From IMG/VR virus record IMGVR_UViG_3300046171_000140, positions 1 to 51,452 of that record: a stretch of DNA of 51,452 nt. One strand, 5' to 3'. The notes below the pieces were generated by a model. That model worked only from the letters and a program-made list of their open reading frames with translations, searched no databases and had not been told where the DNA came from. This DNA is from a virus (lineage: Duplodnaviria > Caudoviricetes). The translations under genes were made by a program, and so were the position numbers. Positions 46,966 through 51,452 of this stretch are shown in pieces. How positions within the stretch are numbered: the stretch's first letter is position 1; the number at the start of each line of letters is the position of its first letter.

Positions 46966-47712
46966 TTATGCGACTGCTATTAAGTTATTGTGTACTACAA
47001 AACCAGAAGTATCTTTTCTAGCTTTGCCTTTTGCTTTCAGACCAACCACTACATTCGGCTCATCTAAAAATCTTTGGTCATATTTATCTCCATCAATCAC
47101 CTTTAATCCTCTGTAAAATTCAGGTAACTCCTTAGAAAATACAACTGCTATATTCATTCCTTTCTTGTTAGCTTCATCAAATAAATTAGCATACTTCATA
47201 TTAGCTTCAGAGTATGACCAAGTCAAATGATAATTATCTATGCCAGATATATTCCTAGTAGGAATTTTAGTATAATCATAGAAAGTTATATCAGGAAAAG
47301 TTTCAAAGACGTTCCTACCTTGTAGCTCTTGATACTCCCATTGTATATCGGAAGTACCATTAAGTCTTACACAAGGTAGTTTTCCCAGACCTTCTGCTTT
47401 CTCCTTAAATTTATTTATTTCAAAGAATAACTGAGTCATAAAGTCTTCATAGTTATTCTGAAAGTATAGTGTCCTACGCTTTCTAGCTTCTTGAATTGCA
47501 TTAGTAGTTTCTCCTTTCTTGAAGATACCACCACGACCTGCTGTATTTAAACAAGCCTCTTCACATTTAGCTATCTTTGCATAAGGACAAATAGTTTTAC
47601 CACCTGCACTATCACTAGGGGATAAGTACATTACTGTAGACATATAGTTTGTATGTAATTTATCTCCCTTTAAAAGTTTAGGGCTAATCATTGTAAGTAA
47701 TTTAGTTTTCAT
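46966..47712 (-). CDS. Gp88-like Cys-cluster protein (radical-SAM-related fold)
   Basis: CPYA...CEEACLNTAGRG, RLNGTSD, FYDYTK, DGD..D.RFLD, GLKAKG motifs. Confidence 0.7.
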   Translation of the reverse strand: MKTKLLTMISPKLLKGDKLHTNYMSTVMYLSPSDSAGGKTICPYAKIAKCEEACLNTAGRGGIFKKGETTNAIQEARKRRTLYFQNNYEDFMTQLFFEINKFKEKAEGLGKLPCVRLNGTSDIQWEYQELQGRNVFETFPDITFYDYTKIPTRNISGIDNYHLTWSYSEANMKYANLFDEANKKGMNIAVVFSKELPEFYRGLKVIDGDKYDQRFLDEPNVVVGLKAKGKARKDTSGFVVHNNLIAVA

Positions 47713-47738
47713 AATATCTCCATTAAATATTTAAAGAA

Positions 47739-47863
47739 TGGTAGTTAGTAACGCAGTGGTTTAGTTCTCATTCGTTGTTTATTCTTAACCTTCTTCATCA
47801 TCACCCTGTATAAAACAGTACAGACTTCCAAAGGATTTTACAAAGACGCACTTCTAACTACCA
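47739..47863 (-). ncRNA. Candidate structured intergenic RNA
   Basis: Perfect 10-bp closing stem TGGTAGTTAG/CTAACTACCA spanning the intergenic gap, with internal hairpins. Confidence 0.45.
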
Positions 47864-47868
47864 AACAT

Positions 47869-48294
47869 TTAATCCTCGTCTTCCTCGAAATTATTTTCGT
47901 CTAAAAGTTTATCTAAAGCCATGTTAAACTTAGTAGATTTATCTAACTTTTCTCCAACATCTTTTTCCATTTTATGAATCTCCCATAAAAGATTTCTTTG
48001 GGTTCTTTCATTAAGTCTATTTAAAACTTCATGGTATTGCCTATTGTTTTCTTCGGCAACAGGTGTTGTTGGATATAGGTCTTTGAGGTGATAGGTTAGT
48101 CTAACTAAATCATAGCCACTATCTATGTAGCCGTGACTAATTAAATACTCTCGCAACTCAAGATTAGAACCATACTCAGCTTTTTCATGGTCAACCTCAT
48201 CACTATTTCGCCAATAGTAATTACACTCCTCGCCTACTTTTGATAAAATGCCGTAAATAGCATTTATGTCCGATAGGTTATCAAATATTAACAT
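47869..48294 (-). CDS. Hypothetical early protein
   Basis: SD GGAG; 141 aa. Confidence 0.7.
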   Translation of the reverse strand: MLIFDNLSDINAIYGILSKVGEECNYYWRNSDEVDHEKAEYGSNLELREYLISHGYIDSGYDLVRLTYHLKDLYPTTPVAEENNRQYHEVLNRLNERTQRNLLWEIHKMEKDVGEKLDKSTKFNMALDKLLDENNFEEDED

Positions 48295-48312
48295 ATATAT
48301 CTCCGTTGTGTG

Positions 48313-48720
48313 TTATTTATTTATTAAAAATTTAAATCTTAAAGCAATTCTTTTTAAGAAAGAAGCAGTAGTATAGATTTCAAAGTCATCTATAGCTTTA
48401 AGAGTATGTTGAACATCAAGGTTATCTGCAATTTGTAAAACTTGCATACCATTATTATCTTCACCTAAAGGTAAAGGTCTAATAAAATGCAAAGGTTTCA
48501 TAGGATTAGCAAGTTGCTGATAAACAGATACTTTAGCTTTGTGAAAGCCTAAAAACGTATCACCTTTAGTTATTTCATTTCTATTTTGTACAGCTCTAAC
48601 TCTTAATATATTTATACCAAGTGCATTAGCTCTATTCCAAACAGCTTGTACTGAATGAGGAGCTAACTTAATAGCTACAGTTGTTTTAGTATTGCGTTTA
48701 CTATAAGTAATCTTACTCAT
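48313..48720 (-). CDS. Hypothetical early protein
   Basis: Start at ATG 48720 after ATGGAGATAATT leader. Confidence 0.7.
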   Translation of the reverse strand: MSKITYSKRNTKTTVAIKLAPHSVQAVWNRANALGINILRVRAVQNRNEITKGDTFLGFHKAKVSVYQQLANPMKPLHFIRPLPLGEDNNGMQVLQIADNLDVQHTLKAIDDFEIYTTASFLKRIALRFKFLINK

Positions 48721-48752
48721 AATTATCTCCATTATTTTATTGTTAAAAAAAT

Positions 48753-48780
48753 TGAACAGTTTTTAATCATGTTCAGGATT
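48753..48780 (-). other. Candidate H-type RNA pseudoknot, copy 2
   Basis: AATC/GATT, C, TGAACA/TGTTCA, AAAAAC loop; covaries with 2144-2170. Confidence 0.55.
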
Positions 48781-48802
48781 AGGATTTTTCTAGTTGAGGT
48801 AT

Positions 48803-49111
48803 CTATCCTGTACCTTCTTCATCATCATCATATTTCCATTCAGTTTTTTGAGAAATTAATCTAAAATCAATTTCATCAAAAGGTGCGAATGATTCTCGTA
48901 AAAGTTCATATGTTTTATTAGTAGTAAAAGCTCTATCATAAATTACAGTTTCAATAAAACAACCCTTTTGCAAATCTAAATATGCTTCAGTAGCAGGTGT
49001 TTTTATTTCTATAGCAAGGATTTCTTCTTCTTTTTGATTAAAAAAGTCCATAATTTTTTCTAAATCATGAATTGCGTAACTTAACAATCTAACTGTATCT
49101 GTTTTTTTCAT
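48803..49111 (-). CDS. Hypothetical early protein
   Basis: ATGGAGATATT leader; 102 aa. Confidence 0.7.
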   Translation of the reverse strand: MKKTDTVRLLSYAIHDLEKIMDFFNQKEEEILAIEIKTPATEAYLDLQKGCFIETVIYDRAFTTNKTYELLRESFAPFDEIDFRLISQKTEWKYDDDEEGTG

Positions 49112-49217
49112 AATATCTCCATTATGTATTAAATCATTATTAATTTTATTAAGGTTTTTCTTAGTAGAGGCTATTACCTTATGCCTTTTTAATTATTTTG
49201 CCCTCTCAAGCCCATAA

Positions 49218-49246
49218 ATTCTAGCAACTTGGCGAGGTGCTGTCTA
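49218..49246 (-). promoter_or_regulatory. Early sigma70 promoter
   Basis: TAGACA, 17-nt spacer, extended TGc-TAGAAT. Confidence 0.7.
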
Positions 49247-49252
49247 GTAGTT

Positions 49253-49339
49253 TTATAACTCCTCAGTATTTCCTATGTTTTCATTTACATAACTTTCTGC
49301 TATCATAATAGCATCAATAATTGTAATTTCTTTATCCAT
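49253..49339 (-). CDS. 28-aa early peptide
   Basis: MDKEITIIDAIMIAESYVNENIGNTEEL with shared ATGGAGATAATT leader and its own promoter. Confidence 0.55.
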   Translation of the reverse strand: MDKEITIIDAIMIAESYVNENIGNTEEL

Positions 49340-49392
49340 AATTATCTCCATAATTAATTATTTTTAAAAACTTGGTCGTGCCATGCCTAGAA

Positions 49393-49422
49393 ATTCTAGC
49401 AAGACCAAGCCACCCTCGTCAA
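49393..49422 (-). promoter_or_regulatory. Early sigma70 promoter
   Basis: TTGACG, 18-nt spacer, extended TGc-TAGAAT. Confidence 0.7.
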
Positions 49423-49444
49423 GCAAGTTATATAACAACTTAAC

Positions 49445-49798
49445 TTACCAAATACTCACAGTATATACATTCACCATGTCCATACTGTAATCATTTTTAA
49501 AATCAAAAGTTGATTTAAGTATTGCATTTCTGTCTGTACCTTTTCTTTTTCCAAACAATATTTCTTTACGCTGTTTAGTTAGATTTTGCGTAGCTCTATA
49601 AGAAAAACCAAGTTGTTCTAAATACTCTTCTGCCTCCAGTAAAGTATTGAATTTAATAACATTTTTGCTGTTATTAATACTTTGTTTATACTCTTCTGCC
49701 AATAATTTATTAGCCCTTTGCTCAGAATTTGGTAAACTATTTTTGTAAATAATACCAGCTTTTTTCTGATTTTCTATCTGTGTTTTGGTTAATTTCAT
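49445..49798 (-). CDS. Hypothetical early protein
   Basis: Start at ATG 49798 after ATGGAGATATT leader. Confidence 0.7.
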   Translation of the reverse strand: MKLTKTQIENQKKAGIIYKNSLPNSEQRANKLLAEEYKQSINNSKNVIKFNTLLEAEEYLEQLGFSYRATQNLTKQRKEILFGKRKGTDRNAILKSTFDFKNDYSMDMVNVYTVSIW

Positions 49799-49857
49799 AA
49801 TATCTCCATTAAAGTTTAATATAGATAACCTAGTGCCTAGCCCTGCCAAGCCCCTAA

Positions 49858-49886
49858 ATCTTGACACGACCAAGCCTCGAGGTCAA
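49858..49886 (-). promoter_or_regulatory. Early sigma70-like promoter
   Basis: TTGACC, 17-nt spacer, CAAGAT; shares GTCAAGCAAGTTATATA flank with the 49393-49422 promoter. Confidence 0.55.
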
Positions 49887-49985
49887 GCAAGTTATATAAC
49901 AGGGGCTAGATAGAATATATAATTATATACAGATTTTGTGTACCTTTTTCAAAATTATTTATGTACCTTTTAAGAATTTTAAAGT

Positions 49986-50027
49986 TTATACACAGCTTAT
50001 GTACAAGTTATACACAGTTTATACATA
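49986..50027 (+). repeat. 11-bp-phased array of DnaA-box-like 9-mers
   Basis: TTATACACA (49986), TTATGTACA (49997), TTATACACA (50008), TTATACATA (50019). Confidence 0.65.
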
Positions 50028-50228
50028 ACTTATTAATAGTATATTTTAAATTATCCCTCAATACTTCGCCCCATCTAATACTTTCGACTTTAACATTTAA
50101 AAAATTCCTTTCTTACTTTCTTTTTTTTAAATCTTCTTAGGGCATGGTCACCTAAACTCAAACGACTCAACTTGTTGAGCCCTTTTCGTTTGCCCCTACT
50201 AATATAAACATATCAACTGAAGTGGAAT

Positions 50229-50264
50229 AATAAAAACTCCCAAGACTTATTAGGTCTTAGGAGT
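50229..50264 (-). terminator. Rho-independent terminator after the first early operon
   Basis: Minus-strand ACTCCTAAGAC-loop-GTCTTGGGAGT followed by TTTTATT. Confidence 0.8.
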
Positions 50265-50272
50265 CTTTAAAG

Positions 50273-50539
50273 TTACTTATTCTTAGCTAAGTAAACTTTG
50301 ATAGCGTCTGCATAGACTTTAGGAAGTTTTTTAACTTCGAAAAGCAATGAAGCTTCTTCATAAGAAAGTTTTCCTTTAGAAGCAAAAGACCAAAGCGTAG
50401 CAGAAACTCTGCTTCTTTTAGTCCAATCTATTTTACCATTAGCTTTTGCAGCAAAATGAAAGCCTAAAGCTTTACATTGCCCAGAAGTTGCTGGTCCTTT
50501 TAGAGTCTCTTCAGAGACTTTAGTAGCATCATATGCCAT
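50273..50539 (-). CDS. Hypothetical early protein
   Basis: SD GAGGTG before ATG 50539 (MAYDATKVS). Confidence 0.7.
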   Translation of the reverse strand: MAYDATKVSEETLKGPATSGQCKALGFHFAAKANGKIDWTKRSRVSATLWSFASKGKLSYEEASLLFEVKKLPKVYADAIKVYLAKNK

Positions 50540-50540
50540 G

Positions 50541-50738
50541 TTACACCTCATTATGTGTAGTTTTATTTAATTCTTCAACGTAATCTTGAAGAACACCAAA
50601 CTCAGAATCCTTAGAAGATTTGAGCAATAAGCAATTAAAACCTAATAACTTAGAGAACTTTAGAAACTCTTTAGCTTCATTAAGGTCATTAAGAAAGTAA
50701 GTGTTTTGGTTACTTAGTGTTATTAGAATATAATTCAT
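50541..50738 (-). CDS. First early gene, hypothetical, probably leaderless
   Basis: ATG lies 6 nt after the -10 box. Confidence 0.6.
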   Translation of the reverse strand: MNYILITLSNQNTYFLNDLNEAKEFLKFSKLLGFNCLLLKSSKDSEFGVLQDYVEELNKTTHNEV

Positions 50739-50744
50739 GACTTA

Positions 50745-50773
50745 ACCTTACTTTATTAGATTTTGTTAGTCAA
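50745..50773 (-). promoter_or_regulatory. Sigma70-like promoter of the first early operon
   Basis: TTGACT, 17-nt spacer, TAAGGT. Confidence 0.6.
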
Positions 50774-50831
50774 ATTGGAGAACCTTTAGAGTCTGTTGCT
50801 GAGTCTTCGAAGCTTACAGAGTTTTAAGGTT

Positions 50832-51452
50832 ACTATTTTTATTTACAAAATCTTTAAAGTATTGTTAACTTGATGAATTGTATTTGTAATAACTCTTAGT
50901 AAACAAGTTGCTTTCTTACTTAATAGAGCTTAATAGAAGATAAAGTGTTTCAAAGTTATCAAGTTATTAGGTTAAATTGATTAATGCCAACTCTTCAGGA
51001 TTCTAGAATTTGGTAGCTCTTCAAGATTACTTTGAAACTCTTTTAAATATAACTACAACATAATGAGGACTCTTTGTAACATAGGCATATGGTGATGATA
51101 AAGGATTTGTAGAGAATCTTAAGGGCTAAGCAACTCTAGGGGAATGTAAAGGTTTCATTTTGCTAAGAAAGCTAATGGTAACTTAAATGGACTAAAAGCC
51201 CTTTAGATTCTGTAGCTTTGGACTTTTGCTTAGTTGTACTTGGAAAACTTATGTTGAAGAAGACTGAATGGTTTTTGAAGTTATTAGAGTTCCTTTAGTC
51301 TATTGCAAAATTCTCAAAGCTTACTTAACTTAGTTTATGTTCTTTGAAGATTTCTTAGTCCTCATTAGTTTTGTTAGTTTTTATTATGGAATGTAAGGAT
51401 ATGTTTATATTCTATAGGGGCAGGCAGGTGACCATGCCCTCCACCACCCATA
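50832..51452. repeat. Direct terminal repeat, right copy
   Basis: Copy of 1-620 with one extra T. Confidence 0.97.

Overview
This window is an apparently complete, AT-rich, ~50.8 kb double-stranded DNA phage genome of podovirus type, probably marine, bounded by a 620/621-bp direct terminal repeat (1-620 = 50832-51452, one indel). The + strand (898-33240) carries packaging and virion genes: terminase subunits, portal, scaffold, major capsid, tail adaptor/nozzle, S74-chaperoned tail fibres, ejection proteins (one with a C-terminal lysozyme), a holin-like gene and a three-gene exported module with a NIDO-like protein. The - strand (50738-33237) carries small early genes, SSB, T7-like primase-helicase, family A DNA polymerase (Tyr762 type), nucleases and class I ribonucleotide reductase. 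I see no RNA polymerase, integrase, tRNA or CRISPR array. The most interesting signals are regulatory and non-coding: (1) a glnA-type glutamine riboswitch with an enlarged P3 arm upstream of an unannotated 53-aa triple-YRG peptide inside the packaging operon; (2) an H-type pseudoknot upstream of SSB with the same geometry as the T2/T4 gene 32 operator; (3) a second pseudoknot present twice with covariation; (4) six mini-genes joined by five copies of a 14-nt SD/stop/start junction; (5) an 11-bp-phased array of DnaA-box-like sites; (6) near-total avoidance of GATC and CCWGG, with GATC seen only in nrdA. Two single-base frameshifts (tail fibre, nrdA) are most likely sequencing errors. All family assignments come from motif recognition by eye, not database searches.
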